Below, in pieces: positions 9,521 to 19,450 of a stretch of 64,000 nucleotides of DNA. The DNA is from an uncultured Mollicutes bacterium. GTDB lineage: Bacteria > Bacillota_I > Bacilli_A > ML615J-28 > CAG-313. Each line of letters begins with the position of its first letter. Positions within the stretch are counted from its first letter, which is position 1. A program made the position numbers and the translations under genes. The notes below the pieces were generated by a model. The model did not search any database, was not told where the DNA came from, and worked only from the letters and a program-made list of their open reading frames with translations. The stretch is taken from contig CALEGV010000048.1 in NCBI GenBank assembly GCA_937875785.1, forward strand, positions 10,593-74,592, written 5' to 3'.

Positions 9521-11455
9521 ATGTGTAAAAAATGTTATGTCAGTACACCAATATATTATGCAAGTGGTAAAGTTCAAATTGGGAATAGTTATACTTCGGT
9601 TGCTTGCGATGTTTTTTCTAAATATCATCAACAAATGGGACGAGAAACTTTCTTTTTAACAGGAATGGATGAACATGGGCAAAAAATTGAAGAGGCGGCA
9701 GCCAAAGCAAATATGCTTCCTCAAGCCTTTGTTGATAAAATTGCTGATGAGACAAAGAAATTATGGAAAATTATGCATGTGGATTATGATTATTTTATTA
9801 GAACAACAGATAGCAATCATGAAAAAGTTGTTTCTTCTATATTTGAAAAGTTGCTTGCCAATGATGATATCTATTTAGGATCTTATCAAGGAAACTATTG
9901 TGTTTCATGTGAAACATTTTTTACAGAGAAACAATTAGGAGAAGGAAAAACTTGTCCTGATTGTGGTAAGCCCACGAAAATTGTTAGCGAAGAAAGTTAT
10001 TTCTTAAGATTAAAAAAATATGAGAAACAATTGTTAAAGTTTATACAAACACATCCTGATTTTATTCAACCGGCAACGAGAAGGAATGAAGTTATCTCTT
10101 TTATTGAATCAGGATTAGAAGACTTATGCGTCAGTAGAACTTCATTTCATTGGGGAATAAAGGTTAAATCTAATCCTAAACATGTCATTTATGTTTGGAT
10201 TGATGCTTTGTTTAATTACTTAACTGCACTTGGGTATAGTCAAAATGATTCAACCAATTACGAAAAATTTTGGTTACACAACGATAGGGTATATCATGTG
10301 GTGGGTAAAGATATCCTTCGCTTTCACGCTATATATTGGCCAATCCTATTGATGGCATTAGATATTCCTATCCAATTTAAATTGCTTGTACATGGGTGGA
10401 TTTTAACCAAAGAAGGAAAAATGTCTAAATCAAGAGGGAATGCAGTATATCCAATGGATTTAATCAGTCGCTATGGAGTAGATAGTGTTCGATATTATTT
10501 AACAAAAGAACTTCCTCTTGGAAATGATGGATTATTTAGTTATGAACGGTTTATTGAACGTTATAATACGGAACTTGTAAATGATTTAGGCAATCTTGTA
10601 AGTAGAACTGTTTCAATGATTGAAAAATATTTTGATGGATGGATTCCAAGTTGTCCTATCAAGCATAGTGAATATGATGCATCACTTGTAAGTTGTGCCA
10701 CTGAAGCAATTCAACATACGATTTCTAACTTTGAAAATTTCTACCTTCAAGATGCAATTTTTGCTACTTGGAGTTTTGTTAGAAGAGTGAATAAGTATAT
10801 TGATGAAACGTCTCCTTGGATTCTTGCTAGAGATGATGCAAATCGAGAAACATTGTCAACTGTAATGTATCATTTAGCAGAATCGTTACGAATTATTGCT
10901 CATCTTGTTGCACCATATTTGGTTGAAACAGCACCTAAAATTTTAAAAGCGATCGGTAAAGAAAACGAAAACTTTAGATTGTATAATTTAGCATTTGGTG
11001 GAAATTATCAAGGGGTAAAAGTTTGTAAGCAAGATATGCTATTTAAACGATTAGATGTAGAAGAGGAATTAAAATATTTTCAAACTCAAAAAGAAATTGT
11101 TTTAGAAGAACAAGAAAACAAAGAAGAAAAAATTGTTAAGATAAATATTGACGATTTTAATAAAGTTGAGTTAAAAATAGGAGAAATTATAGAATGTAAA
11201 AAACATCCAGATGCATCTAAATTGCTTGTTTCACAAATAAAAATTGGTCCAGAAATACGTCAAGTTGTTTCGGGTATTGCAAATTTTTATGAGCCAAATG
11301 AGCTAGTTGGAAAAAAAGTAGTTGTTGTTACGAATTTAAAACCAGTGAAAATTAGAGGAATTGAATCCAGCGGTATGATACTTTGCGCAAGTACAAAAGA
11401 AACATTAGAAGTTCTTGAAGTAAAACTATCAGATAATGGAGCGGTAGTTCATTAA
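9521..11455 (+). CDS. metG: Methionyl-tRNA synthetase with C-terminal EMAP/tRNA-binding domain
   Basis: KMSKS motif and the MetRS CxxC...CxxC knuckle (CVSCETFF...CPDCGK). C-terminal OB fold VELKIGEIIECKKHPDASKLLVSQIKIG. ATG 9521 follows GGAGGG. Confidence 0.9.
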   Translation: MCKKCYVSTPIYYASGKVQIGNSYTSVACDVFSKYHQQMGRETFFLTGMDEHGQKIEEAAAKANMLPQAFVDKIADETKKLWKIMHVDYDYFIRTTDSNHEKVVSSIFEKLLANDDIYLGSYQGNYCVSCETFFTEKQLGEGKTCPDCGKPTKIVSEESYFLRLKKYEKQLLKFIQTHPDFIQPATRRNEVISFIESGLEDLCVSRTSFHWGIKVKSNPKHVIYVWIDALFNYLTALGYSQNDSTNYEKFWLHNDRVYHVVGKDILRFHAIYWPILLMALDIPIQFKLLVHGWILTKEGKMSKSRGNAVYPMDLISRYGVDSVRYYLTKELPLGNDGLFSYERFIERYNTELVNDLGNLVSRTVSMIEKYFDGWIPSCPIKHSEYDASLVSCATEAIQHTISNFENFYLQDAIFATWSFVRRVNKYIDETSPWILARDDANRETLSTVMYHLAESLRIIAHLVAPYLVETAPKILKAIGKENENFRLYNLAFGGNYQGVKVCKQDMLFKRLDVEEELKYFQTQKEIVLEEQENKEEKIVKINIDDFNKVELKIGEIIECKKHPDASKLLVSQIKIGPEIRQVVSGIANFYEPNELVGKKVVVVTNLKPVKIRGIESSGMILCASTKETLEVLEVKLSDNGAVVH

Positions 11456-11456
11456 A

Positions 11457-12743
11457 ATGCCTTATTTTCTAAGTGAATCCTTTGATTTTACAAGTCTAAT
11501 ACCAGTAGTTATACTACTTACGATGAGTGCAATTATACCCATTGTTTTATCAATTGTTCATGCTAAATTCATACCTGTCATAGTAGTTGAAATTGTTGCA
11601 GGGTTCATTTTAGCAAATATTCCAAAAACTCAAAGTTTATTTATGAAAGGAGAAACCTTGAGTCCTTTAATGGAAGGATTATTTGTTGTTGGCTTATCTA
11701 TTTTTTTGTTTTTAAGCGGATTAGACACTGATTTTTCAATTATGACTCATCCAAAAGAAAAAAGTTTTCGCGTTGGAAAATTTACGAATATTTTGCTGAT
11801 GATGGTCATTATAATTAGTGTTGGTGTTTCTTTTCTATTTAGAAATTATATGAGCAATCAAGTAATTGGAATCATATTGCTTTCGATTGTTTTATCGTCA
11901 ACTTTTGCTTCTATGGTGATACCATTAGTTCATGATAATGAACTAAATGAATCAACTATTGGCAAGATTATTAGTAGTTATGCAACTAAAGCTGAATTTG
12001 TTTCCATTATCAGTTTAAGCATAATGATGCTAGTTGTTGGGATGACAAACGAAAAGAAACCTTATTTATTACTTGTGTTATGTTTAATTTTGGTCTTAGT
12101 TTATGTTTGTACGCGTTATTTTAAATTTAAAGTATTTATTAAAATGGCTGATGGTATTGTTCATTTCGGAATGCGATTGATTGTCGCATTGTTGCTTGCT
12201 TTAATTATTTTATGTAGTGTATCAGGAGTGGAATATATCCTTGGAAGTTTTCTTGCAGGGATGGTAATCAAATTGGCTCATATAAAAGAAACTACAATCC
12301 ATAAAGTTGAAATCGTAGGCTATGGTATTTTTGTACCAATAACATGTATATTAGTAGGATTTAAAGTTGGTATGATTATGCCAATTTATGAGTTCTTTAA
12401 GTTAGAAAATGTATTATTAATTATTGAATTATTTATTGTATTGGTTGTTGTAAAACTTCCTTTTGTGATTCTTTTCAAATGGTATACTTTTTCAACTGTG
12501 ATTCAAACGATGTTTTTTGTAACATGTACTTTAATCGTTAGTATTACAGTAGAAGAATTTGGAGTATTACAACCACAATTTGCTAATGCTTTAATTGTTG
12601 CATCATGTCTTACATCAATTATTCCTCCTATTCTTTTTGATACAACAAGAAGCTTTGGTTATAGTAAAGTCGATGACGGAAAAATTATTAATCCAAATAT
12701 AAAACATAAAAAAATAAAAAAGGAAAAAGAAAATGCAAACTGA
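11457..12743 (+). CDS. Polytopic membrane protein, probable cation:proton antiporter (CPA family)
   Basis: About 11 hydrophobic segments. The GLSIFLFLSGLDTDFSIM segment resembles the CPA LFLAGLE(L)D motif. Start is 2 nt after the metG stop. Confidence 0.45.
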   Translation: MPYFLSESFDFTSLIPVVILLTMSAIIPIVLSIVHAKFIPVIVVEIVAGFILANIPKTQSLFMKGETLSPLMEGLFVVGLSIFLFLSGLDTDFSIMTHPKEKSFRVGKFTNILLMMVIIISVGVSFLFRNYMSNQVIGIILLSIVLSSTFASMVIPLVHDNELNESTIGKIISSYATKAEFVSIISLSIMMLVVGMTNEKKPYLLLVLCLILVLVYVCTRYFKFKVFIKMADGIVHFGMRLIVALLLALIILCSVSGVEYILGSFLAGMVIKLAHIKETTIHKVEIVGYGIFVPITCILVGFKVGMIMPIYEFFKLENVLLIIELFIVLVVVKLPFVILFKWYTFSTVIQTMFFVTCTLIVSITVEEFGVLQPQFANALIVASCLTSIIPPILFDTTRSFGYSKVDDGKIINPNIKHKKIKKEKENAN

Positions 12744-13806
12744 ACAAAATCAACCCGTTGACAACGGAAACACGTTAATTCATTCTAAAACTAAAACAAG
12801 GTTTATCACGGAAGTTAAAGAAAAACCGATGGTAAAAGCGACAATATTGGTTGTAATTGGTACAATTATATATTCATTTGGTATTGTCTGGATTCTTCAA
12901 TTAGGAGGATTCTTTTCAGGGGGAGTAACTGGCCTTTCTCAACTTATTGTTGGGCTAATTGAAAAATTTGGTGGCTCAAAAGAAATCAGAGGATATCTTG
13001 GAATTTTTGTTGGAATCATTAATATACCACTACTCATTTTCGGTTGGAGAGGAATCAGTAAACATTTTGCGGTGCTGACGCTTATCTCAATTGTTATACA
13101 AACGATTTTGATGTCAGTTCTTTCAAAATTTACAGTAAGCCCTTTTATTTATTTAATAAGAGATGGAAATGGTATTGGTGAAGGAATTGTTGATATCTTT
13201 ATCAATGAAAATTTCGATATTTCAAGAAATGCTATGGAATTAGAAGAAGTATTTAGACAATCCATGTCAAGTGGAGTTAGACTATTGCTTGCAATCATTG
13301 GTGGTTTATTTACTGGACTGGGAGCAGGATTGTGTTTAAAAGCTGGTGGCTCAACTGGTGGTACGGATATTATATCGAATTATCTTGTAATGAGAAAAAG
13401 AACACCATTTACTAAGTTTCAATTTGGTATAGACATTACAATTATTTGTTTATCTAGTTTAATTAGTGTTGAAAATGTTTTGTATACAATTGTAAGATTA
13501 ATTTTCTATGCTAAAGTATTGCAAGCCATTTATCAAACATATCAAACGATTCGAATTGAAATCATAACAGATAAAGCAGAAGAAATTAAGGAATCTTTAT
13601 TAAAACGCTTTTATCATAGCATGACTATTTATAATGCGATTGGTGGTTATACAAATACAAATAAAAAGGTGATAGAAATCTATGCGATGAATTTTGAAAC
13701 GCCAGAATATATACGTATAATAACTAAGATTGATCCTAAAGCTTTTATCATTATTACCAAAGTCAAAATGATTCGTGGAAATTATGTGCAAAGAACGGTT
13801 GTATAG
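12733..13806 (+). CDS. YitT-family membrane protein (DUF161 plus C-terminal DUF2179)
   Basis: GGSTGGTDII motif and a multi-TM N-terminal half followed by a soluble C-terminal domain. The true start may be an internal Met (MVKAT at about 12826). Confidence 0.55.
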   Translation: MQTEQNQPVDNGNTLIHSKTKTRFITEVKEKPMVKATILVVIGTIIYSFGIVWILQLGGFFSGGVTGLSQLIVGLIEKFGGSKEIRGYLGIFVGIINIPLLIFGWRGISKHFAVLTLISIVIQTILMSVLSKFTVSPFIYLIRDGNGIGEGIVDIFINENFDISRNAMELEEVFRQSMSSGVRLLLAIIGGLFTGLGAGLCLKAGGSTGGTDIISNYLVMRKRTPFTKFQFGIDITIICLSSLISVENVLYTIVRLIFYAKVLQAIYQTYQTIRIEIITDKAEEIKESLLKRFYHSMTIYNAIGGYTNTNKKVIEIYAMNFETPEYIRIITKIDPKAFIIITKVKMIRGNYVQRTVV

Positions 13807-13829
13807 TGACAAAAAAGGGTTTATATTAT

Positions 13830-13858
13830 TTGACAAAAAGTACCTATTCGTGTATAAT
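13830..13858 (+). promoter_or_regulatory. Consensus sigma-A promoter of rplM-rpsI
   Basis: TTGACA at 13830-13835, a 17-nt spacer, and TATAAT at 13853-13858. Confidence 0.55.
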
Positions 13859-13938
13859 ATATACGATACATTTGGTCGAGAGACCTTAAACCCACAAACT
13901 TAAGCCCTTCAAATTTAATCATTAGGAGGAAAAAGAAA
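13859..13938 (+). ncRNA. Possible ribosomal protein L13 leader
   Basis: An approximately 75-nt 5'UTR containing the hairpin GGUC-GAGA-GACC ahead of the AGGAGGA RBS. The position matches the Bacilli L13 autoregulatory leader. Confidence 0.3.
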
Positions 13939-14385
13939 ATGCGTACAACTTATATGGATACAGTAAAAAGCGCACAAGAAAATCGCAAATGGTATGTTAT
14001 TGATGCAACTGACCTTGTATTAGGACGTATGGCTGTTGCAGTGGCAACTGTTTTGAAAGGAAAACACAAACCAACTTATACACCAAATATTGATGGTGGT
14101 GATTATGTCGTTATTGTTAATGCTGAAAAAGTGACATTAACGGGTAATAAGATTTCTGGCAAAATCTATTATCGTCACTCTCAATATGCAGGCGGATTAA
14201 AACAACGTACTGCTGGTGAAATGATGGAAAAACAACCACAAAAAATTGTAGAGAAAGCTATTAGAGGCATGCTTCCAAAAGGGCCTCAAGGTGACAATAT
14301 GTATCGTCGTCTTTATGTTTATGTTGGCTCTGAACATGAACAAAATGCCCAAAAACCTGAAGCATTCCCACTAGAAGTGAAATAG
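13939..14385 (+). CDS. rplM: 50S ribosomal protein L13
   Basis: MRTTYM...KWYVIDATDLVLGRMA. Confidence 0.95.
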   Translation: MRTTYMDTVKSAQENRKWYVIDATDLVLGRMAVAVATVLKGKHKPTYTPNIDGGDYVVIVNAEKVTLTGNKISGKIYYRHSQYAGGLKQRTAGEMMEKQPQKIVEKAIRGMLPKGPQGDNMYRRLYVYVGSEHEQNAQKPEAFPLEVK

Positions 14386-14396
14386 GAGGATAGTGA

Positions 14397-14792
14397 ATGA
14401 TGGAAAAAACCGTATATCAAGCAACTGGTCGTCGTAAAAGTTCTGTAGCTAGAGTTCGTTTAATTCCTGGTAACGGAAAATTTATTGTGAATGACCGTAA
14501 CTTTGTTGAATATATTCCTTCTGCTGCAATTCGTCTTGACGTTTTACAACCACTAAACATTACTGAAACTGGTAGTCAATATGATATCTATGTAAATGTA
14601 AATGGTGGTGGAATAAGTGGACAAGCAGGTGCAATTCGTTTAGGTATTAGCCGTGCATTATTGCTTGTTAATCCTGAATATCGTTCAGCATTAAAAAAGG
14701 CTGGCATGCTTACTCGTGACCCTCGTTCAATTGAACGTAAAAAATATGGTCTTCGCAAAGCTCGTCGTGCACCACAATTCTCAAAACGTTAA
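14397..14792 (+). CDS. rpsI: 30S ribosomal protein S9
   Basis: [12 protein letters not shown] and a C-terminal [17 protein letters not shown]. Confidence 0.95.
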   Translation: MMEKTVYQATGRRKSSVARVRLIPGNGKFIVNDRNFVEYIPSAAIRLDVLQPLNITETGSQYDIYVNVNGGGISGQAGAIRLGISRALLLVNPEYRSALKKAGMLTRDPRSIERKKYGLRKARRAPQFSKR

Positions 14793-14831
14793 TCATACAT
14801 TTAGCGATACGTTTTTAGCTTATGTTTATTA

Positions 14832-14866
14832 AGACCACAAAAGCATTTTGTGGTCTTGTTTTTTAA
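14832..14866 (+). terminator. Rho-independent terminator after rpsI
   Basis: AGACCACAAAA-gca-TTTTGTGGTCT hairpin followed by TTGTTTTTT. Confidence 0.75.
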
Positions 14867-14884
14867 ATAATAAGGAGTAAAAAT

Positions 14885-15118
14885 ATGGAAAAAAATAAAA
14901 AATTAATTTTATCAGTTTGCCTTTTGTTTTCAGGTGTGATTGGTAGTGGATTATTTGCAATTGGTCAGTCAATTGTTATTTTGTCGAGAACAAACGGACT
15001 TACCTCTTATAACAATCAGAATGTTTGTGGAGTGTTGTGCTTTATTTTCTTGATTGTCGCAATTGCAGGATTGATTATCATGCTTACTGAAATGATGAAT
15101 AAAAAAGAGAACAAATAA
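14885..15118 (+). CDS. Small two-TM membrane protein
   Basis: 77 aa with two hydrophobic helices and GGAG at an RBS distance. No recognisable family. Confidence 0.35.
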   Translation: MEKNKKLILSVCLLFSGVIGSGLFAIGQSIVILSRTNGLTSYNNQNVCGVLCFIFLIVAIAGLIIMLTEMMNKKENK

Positions 15119-15145
15119 TACAGAAGTAGGAAAAGGAGAATCATT

Positions 15146-16498
15146 GTGTTTGATAAAAAACAAATCAAAATATATAATTCTTTGACAAATCAAATTGAGA
15201 ATTTTATACCGCTTGTTGAAGATGAAATATCTATGTATGTATGTGGGCCAACTGTTTATAACTACATTCATATTGGTAATGCTCGACCAGTCATTTTTTT
15301 TGACACTATCAAGCGCTTTTTTGAATATGTCGGCTTCCAAGTTAAAATGGTTTCAAATTTTACGGATATTGATGATAAAATTATTAAAAAAGCCCAAGAA
15401 GAAAATACTACAGAGGAAGCAATTAGTGAAAAATACATCAAGGCTTTTCTTGATGTTTGTGAAAAACTTGGTTGTGAAAAGGATATAGTCCATCCACGAG
15501 TTACAGAGAACATTGAAGAAATCATAGCATTCATCGATGGATTAGTAAAATCAGGACATGCTTATCAAAATGGGAATGATGTGTATTTTAGCGTTCGTAG
15601 TATCAAAGAATATGGTGTGTTAAGTAATCAAAAATTGGATGATTTAGAAAGCGGTTCAAGAATTGATATCAATAGTAATAAAAAGGATCCTAGTGATTTT
15701 ACTCTTTGGAAAAAAACTTCAGATACGGGTAAAAAATGGGATAGTCCTTTTGGGTGTGGTCGTCCAGGATGGCACACTGAATGTGTTGTGATGATTCATA
15801 AGATATTCGGTGGTAAAATTGATATCCATGGTGGTGGCAATGACTTAAAATTTCCACACCATGAAAATGAGATTGCTCAATCAATAGCCGCAAATCACCA
15901 TATGATTGCAAATTATTGGATTCATAACGCTAGAATTGAATTAAGTGGAGAAAAAATGAGTAAATCACTTGGCAATGTGATTTGGATGAAGGATATTGTT
16001 GAAAAATATCCTCCTCAGGCGTATCGGTTACTTGTTTTAGCAAACCATTATCGCCAATCCATCAATTATTCTGAAGATATGATGCAAAAGTTCGTTATGG
16101 AATGGGAAAAAATAGAAAAAACATTCGTTAGTTTATATCGTAATCTTGAAATAAACGATAATTTAAAAGAAGGAAAAACTTTAGAGATTATGGATCAATT
16201 TTTAAAAGAGATGGCGTATGATTTCAATACTGCTAATGCATTAAGTGTTTTATATGGTTTATTGAAAGAGATCAATAAAAATTTACGTCAATCTCAAATT
16301 GATGGAAATATATTGAATGATGAATTTACAACATTAAAAGCAATGTGTTATATTTTGGGTTTAGAGATAAACATAAATCCTTTAACTGAAAAGGAAAAAG
16401 GTATTGTTCAGGCATGGAATAAAGCAAGACAAGCGAAAGATTTTGACAAGGCTGATCAATTAAGAAGTCAAATTCAAAATTTAGGAATCCGTTTATAA
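15146..16498 (+). CDS. cysS: Cysteinyl-tRNA synthetase
   Basis: MYVCGPTVYNYIHIGNARP and KMSKSLGN motifs. GTG start behind AAAAGGAGAA. Confidence 0.9.
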   Translation: MFDKKQIKIYNSLTNQIENFIPLVEDEISMYVCGPTVYNYIHIGNARPVIFFDTIKRFFEYVGFQVKMVSNFTDIDDKIIKKAQEENTTEEAISEKYIKAFLDVCEKLGCEKDIVHPRVTENIEEIIAFIDGLVKSGHAYQNGNDVYFSVRSIKEYGVLSNQKLDDLESGSRIDINSNKKDPSDFTLWKKTSDTGKKWDSPFGCGRPGWHTECVVMIHKIFGGKIDIHGGGNDLKFPHHENEIAQSIAANHHMIANYWIHNARIELSGEKMSKSLGNVIWMKDIVEKYPPQAYRLLVLANHYRQSINYSEDMMQKFVMEWEKIEKTFVSLYRNLEINDNLKEGKTLEIMDQFLKEMAYDFNTANALSVLYGLLKEINKNLRQSQIDGNILNDEFTTLKAMCYILGLEININPLTEKEKGIVQAWNKARQAKDFDKADQLRSQIQNLGIRL

Positions 16499-16878
16499 TG
16501 AATCTCAATCAATTGAATGGAAATAATCTTGCCTATATTGGCGATGCCTATTATGAACTAAGAGTTCGTAAACATCTAATCGAAAAAGGGATAACTAAAA
16601 ATAAAGAGTTAAGAAAAATAAGTATTGCTTATGTAAGCGCAAAGGCCCATCAAACTATATATTATGCAATTTGTGATTGCTTTTTGGAAAATGAACATCA
16701 AATCTTTTTAAGAGGTAGAAATAACGCTCCACATGGATATAGAAAAAATGTGGATAAAACAGCATATCAGATTTCAACAGGACTAGAAGCAGTCATTGGT
16801 TATTTATATTTAAGTGAAAATTATGAAAGATTAGATGCACTTATTGATATGATTTTTAAGGAAGTTGAGAAAAAATAA
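16498..16878 (+). CDS. mrnC: Mini-ribonuclease III
   Basis: NLAYIGDAYYELRVRKHL, an RNase III-like catalytic motif in a 126-aa protein. It sits directly after cysS, as yazC/mrnC does in Bacillus. Confidence 0.85.
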   Translation: MNLNQLNGNNLAYIGDAYYELRVRKHLIEKGITKNKELRKISIAYVSAKAHQTIYYAICDCFLENEHQIFLRGRNNAPHGYRKNVDKTAYQISTGLEAVIGYLYLSENYERLDALIDMIFKEVEKK

Positions 16879-16879
16879 A

Positions 16880-17602
16880 ATGTACATTTATGGTAAAAAT
16901 ACAGTAATGGAAGCATTAAAAAATCACAAGGAAATTACAATGATTTACCTTTCTACAAGTAATGATGAAATTCTTGAACAAATTAAAAAATATATAGACC
17001 TAAACAAAGTCCCTTTAGAAAGAATTCCCCTTCATAAAATGAATCAAATGTTCAAAGGAAACCATCAAGGAATTGCTGTGGAAATAAAAGAATACCGATA
17101 TACTATACTTGAGGATTTAATTGAAAAAAATAAACAGAAAAAAGATGTTGCCCTTGCTATTTTAGATGGACTTGAAGATCCACATAATTTAGGAGCAATT
17201 TTAAGAACTGCCGATGCAACAATGATGGATGGCATAATTATTCCTAAAAATCATAGTGTTGGTTTAAATAGTACAGTAGCAAAAGTGTCTACGGGAGCTA
17301 TTGAACACATTCAAGTTTCCCAAGTTACCAATCTTGTAAAAGCGATAGAAGTTTTGAAAAAAAATGGATATTGGATAATTGGACTTGATATGAAGGGATT
17401 TATGGATTATAAAGAACAAGATTATAGTGGAAAAATTGCTGTGGTAATTGGCTCGGAAGGAAAAGGGATATCAAGACTTGTAAGAGAAAATTGTGACTTT
17501 TTTGTAAACATTCCTATGTTTGGACACGTAAATTCTCTGAATGCGTCTGTTAGCGCTAGTATTATTTTTTATGAAATAATTAGAAATCGTGCAAATAATT
17601 AA
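16880..17602 (+). CDS. rlmB: 23S rRNA 2'-O-ribose G2251 methyltransferase (TrmH/SpoU family, YacO)
   Basis: MYIYGKNTVMEAL N-terminus and a SpoU methylase fold (GLEDPHNLGAILRTADA, IGSEGKGIS). Conserved position after mrnC. Confidence 0.85.
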   Translation: MYIYGKNTVMEALKNHKEITMIYLSTSNDEILEQIKKYIDLNKVPLERIPLHKMNQMFKGNHQGIAVEIKEYRYTILEDLIEKNKQKKDVALAILDGLEDPHNLGAILRTADATMMDGIIIPKNHSVGLNSTVAKVSTGAIEHIQVSQVTNLVKAIEVLKKNGYWIIGLDMKGFMDYKEQDYSGKIAVVIGSEGKGISRLVRENCDFFVNIPMFGHVNSLNASVSASIIFYEIIRNRANN

Positions 17603-17629
17603 AAATAATCATTTTCAGGGGGGAAGATT

Positions 17630-18166
17630 ATGAATAATAAGACAAATTTGCTGGAATATAATGATAATGAGTTGTTGTATTTAATAAAAGAAGGAACAGA
17701 GGAAGCTTTAGAAATCTTATTTGCAAAGTACTCGTTTTATATTAAACTGAAAATAAAAGAAATGTATATAGAAAAAAATGATTATGATGATTTTTTTCAA
17801 GAGGGTTTGATTGCACTTCGTACTGCGATTAACAAGTTTAATGAAATGAATGCAAATAGTTTTTTTACTTTCTTTGATGTGATATTAAAAAGAAAATTTA
17901 TTGACTTATTGAGAAAAATAAAACGCGAAAATACACATCTTTCTTATGGACTTGCTGAAGAATATTTAATTGATGTATCTGGCTTTGAAAAAAAATATAT
18001 TTTAGAGGAACCAGCTAATTTAACAAGTTTGGAAAAGGAAGTATTTGATAAGAAATTTCGTTGCTTTTTGAAAAATAGTATAATAGCAAAGGAACTTGGA
18101 AAATCAACAAAGGCTATTTATAGTACCATAGAGCGCATAAAGAATAAGTGTAAAAATAAAAAATAA
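17630..18166 (+). CDS. Sigma-70 family sigma factor, SigH-like
   Basis: Region 2 ([19 protein letters not shown]), a SigH-like ENTHLSYGL segment and a region-4 HTH ([21 protein letters not shown]). It occupies the sigH slot between rlmB and rpmG. Confidence 0.6.
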   Translation: MNNKTNLLEYNDNELLYLIKEGTEEALEILFAKYSFYIKLKIKEMYIEKNDYDDFFQEGLIALRTAINKFNEMNANSFFTFFDVILKRKFIDLLRKIKRENTHLSYGLAEEYLIDVSGFEKKYILEEPANLTSLEKEVFDKKFRCFLKNSIIAKELGKSTKAIYSTIERIKNKCKNKK

Positions 18167-18174
18167 TTAAACAA

Positions 18175-18203
18175 TTGACAAATATGTATTTTTTTAGTAT
18201 AAT
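18175..18203 (+). promoter_or_regulatory. Consensus sigma-A promoter of rpmG-secE-nusG
   Basis: TTGACA at 18175-18180, a 17-nt spacer, and TATAAT at 18198-18203. Confidence 0.5.
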
Positions 18204-18225
18204 TTATAAGTCAAGGTGGTATTAT

Positions 18226-18375
18226 ATGAGGGAAAAAGTAATACTCGTTTGCGAAGAATGTTTATCTCGCAATTATATAACAGAAAAAAATAAACTAAAT
18301 ACGACTGAAAGAGTTGTGATTAAAAAGTATTGTAAAAAATGCAATAAACATACAATACATAAAGAAACAAAATAG
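18226..18375 (+). CDS. rpmG: 50S ribosomal protein L33
   Basis: [23 protein letters not shown]...[17 protein letters not shown], 49 aa, with an AAGGTGG RBS. The track ORF carries a spurious N-extension from 18175. Confidence 0.9.
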   Translation: MREKVILVCEECLSRNYITEKNKLNTTERVVIKKYCKKCNKHTIHKETK

Positions 18376-18386
18376 GAGGGCTCAAG

Positions 18387-18836
18387 ATGGCTGAAAAAGT
18401 AAAAGAAGAACAAAAAAAGAATAGGGTTGTAGAATTTATTTTAACTGAACATAAAATAGAAAATTATTTATTATTGTTTTTAGGAATTTTTGCAATTGAG
18501 TTGGGGGTTATTTTATTAAGAGGATTAGCTGATTCAAGCAAAGCATTATTAATTATTCCAGATACGGCTTGGTTGATTGGTGGTGCATTGAAAACTAAAA
18601 TATTCTCTTGGATTTTGGTTGCTTTAGGTGTGATTTCTATTGTACTTGTAGCATCTTCATTTTATCGCCCATCATTTGACGAGATTAAGCACATTAAAGG
18701 ATTAAAGAAAAAAGAATTTTTTTGGAATGTTATAAAAGTTGTATGCTTTTCTATTATTCTCGCATTATTCTTTGTTCTTTGTGAATTTTTAATAAAACTT
18801 GTTATTCAAGCGATTGGTAATTTATTATATAAATAA
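18387..18836 (+). CDS. secE: Preprotein translocase subunit SecE, 3-TM extended form
   Basis: Conserved position between rpmG and nusG. C-terminal KKKEFFWNVIKVVCFSIILALFFVLCEFLIKLVIQAIG resembles the SecE core. Two extra N-terminal TM helices. Confidence 0.55.
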   Translation: MAEKVKEEQKKNRVVEFILTEHKIENYLLLFLGIFAIELGVILLRGLADSSKALLIIPDTAWLIGGALKTKIFSWILVALGVISIVLVASSFYRPSFDEIKHIKGLKKKEFFWNVIKVVCFSIILALFFVLCEFLIKLVIQAIGNLLYK

Positions 18837-18845
18837 AGGCAATAT

Positions 18846-19409
18846 ATGGCAAGTATAGAAGATTTTGATAATGAGAGAGCTTGGTATGTAATTCAGTCTT
18901 ATGCTGGGATGGAATATGCCGCAAAGCGTAATTTAGAAAGAAGAATCATATCTATGAATATGGAAGATTATATTTTCAATGTGCTCATTCCAGAAGAAAT
19001 CCATTATGAAAAAAAAGCAAATGGAGAAATGAAAGAGGTTATTGAAAATCCATATCCTGGTTATATCTTTGTGGATATGATTGTTACAGATGAATCTTGG
19101 TTCATTGTTCGTAATACGCCAATGGTTACTGGTTTTTTAGGATCAAGTGGAGGTCGTGCTAAACCTGTTCCAGTACCAATGCATGAAATGATACCAATCT
19201 TGAAGAAAAGTGGTATTAATATTACTGTGGATGCTAAATTTAAAGTCGGTGATAAGGTGCGAGTTATTTTGGAAACCTTCGCTGGGCAGGAAGCAATTGT
19301 TGAAAAAATAGATACAGAAAATCAAATTGTAACAGTCTTGATTGAAATGCTTGGACGTTTAACACCAAGCGAATTAAGATTTGACGAAGTTGAGCCAATT
19401 AAAGAATAG
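18846..19409 (+). CDS. nusG: Transcription termination/antitermination factor NusG
   Basis: NGN domain (WYVIQSYAGMEYAAKRNLERRI) and a KOW motif (FKVGDKVRVILETFAGQEAIVEKID). Confidence 0.9.
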   Translation: MASIEDFDNERAWYVIQSYAGMEYAAKRNLERRIISMNMEDYIFNVLIPEEIHYEKKANGEMKEVIENPYPGYIFVDMIVTDESWFIVRNTPMVTGFLGSSGGRAKPVPVPMHEMIPILKKSGINITVDAKFKVGDKVRVILETFAGQEAIVEKIDTENQIVTVLIEMLGRLTPSELRFDEVEPIKE

Positions 19410-19450
19410 TAGGGGTTAAGCCTACTTTTTTTATATGAAAGGAGAGCCAA

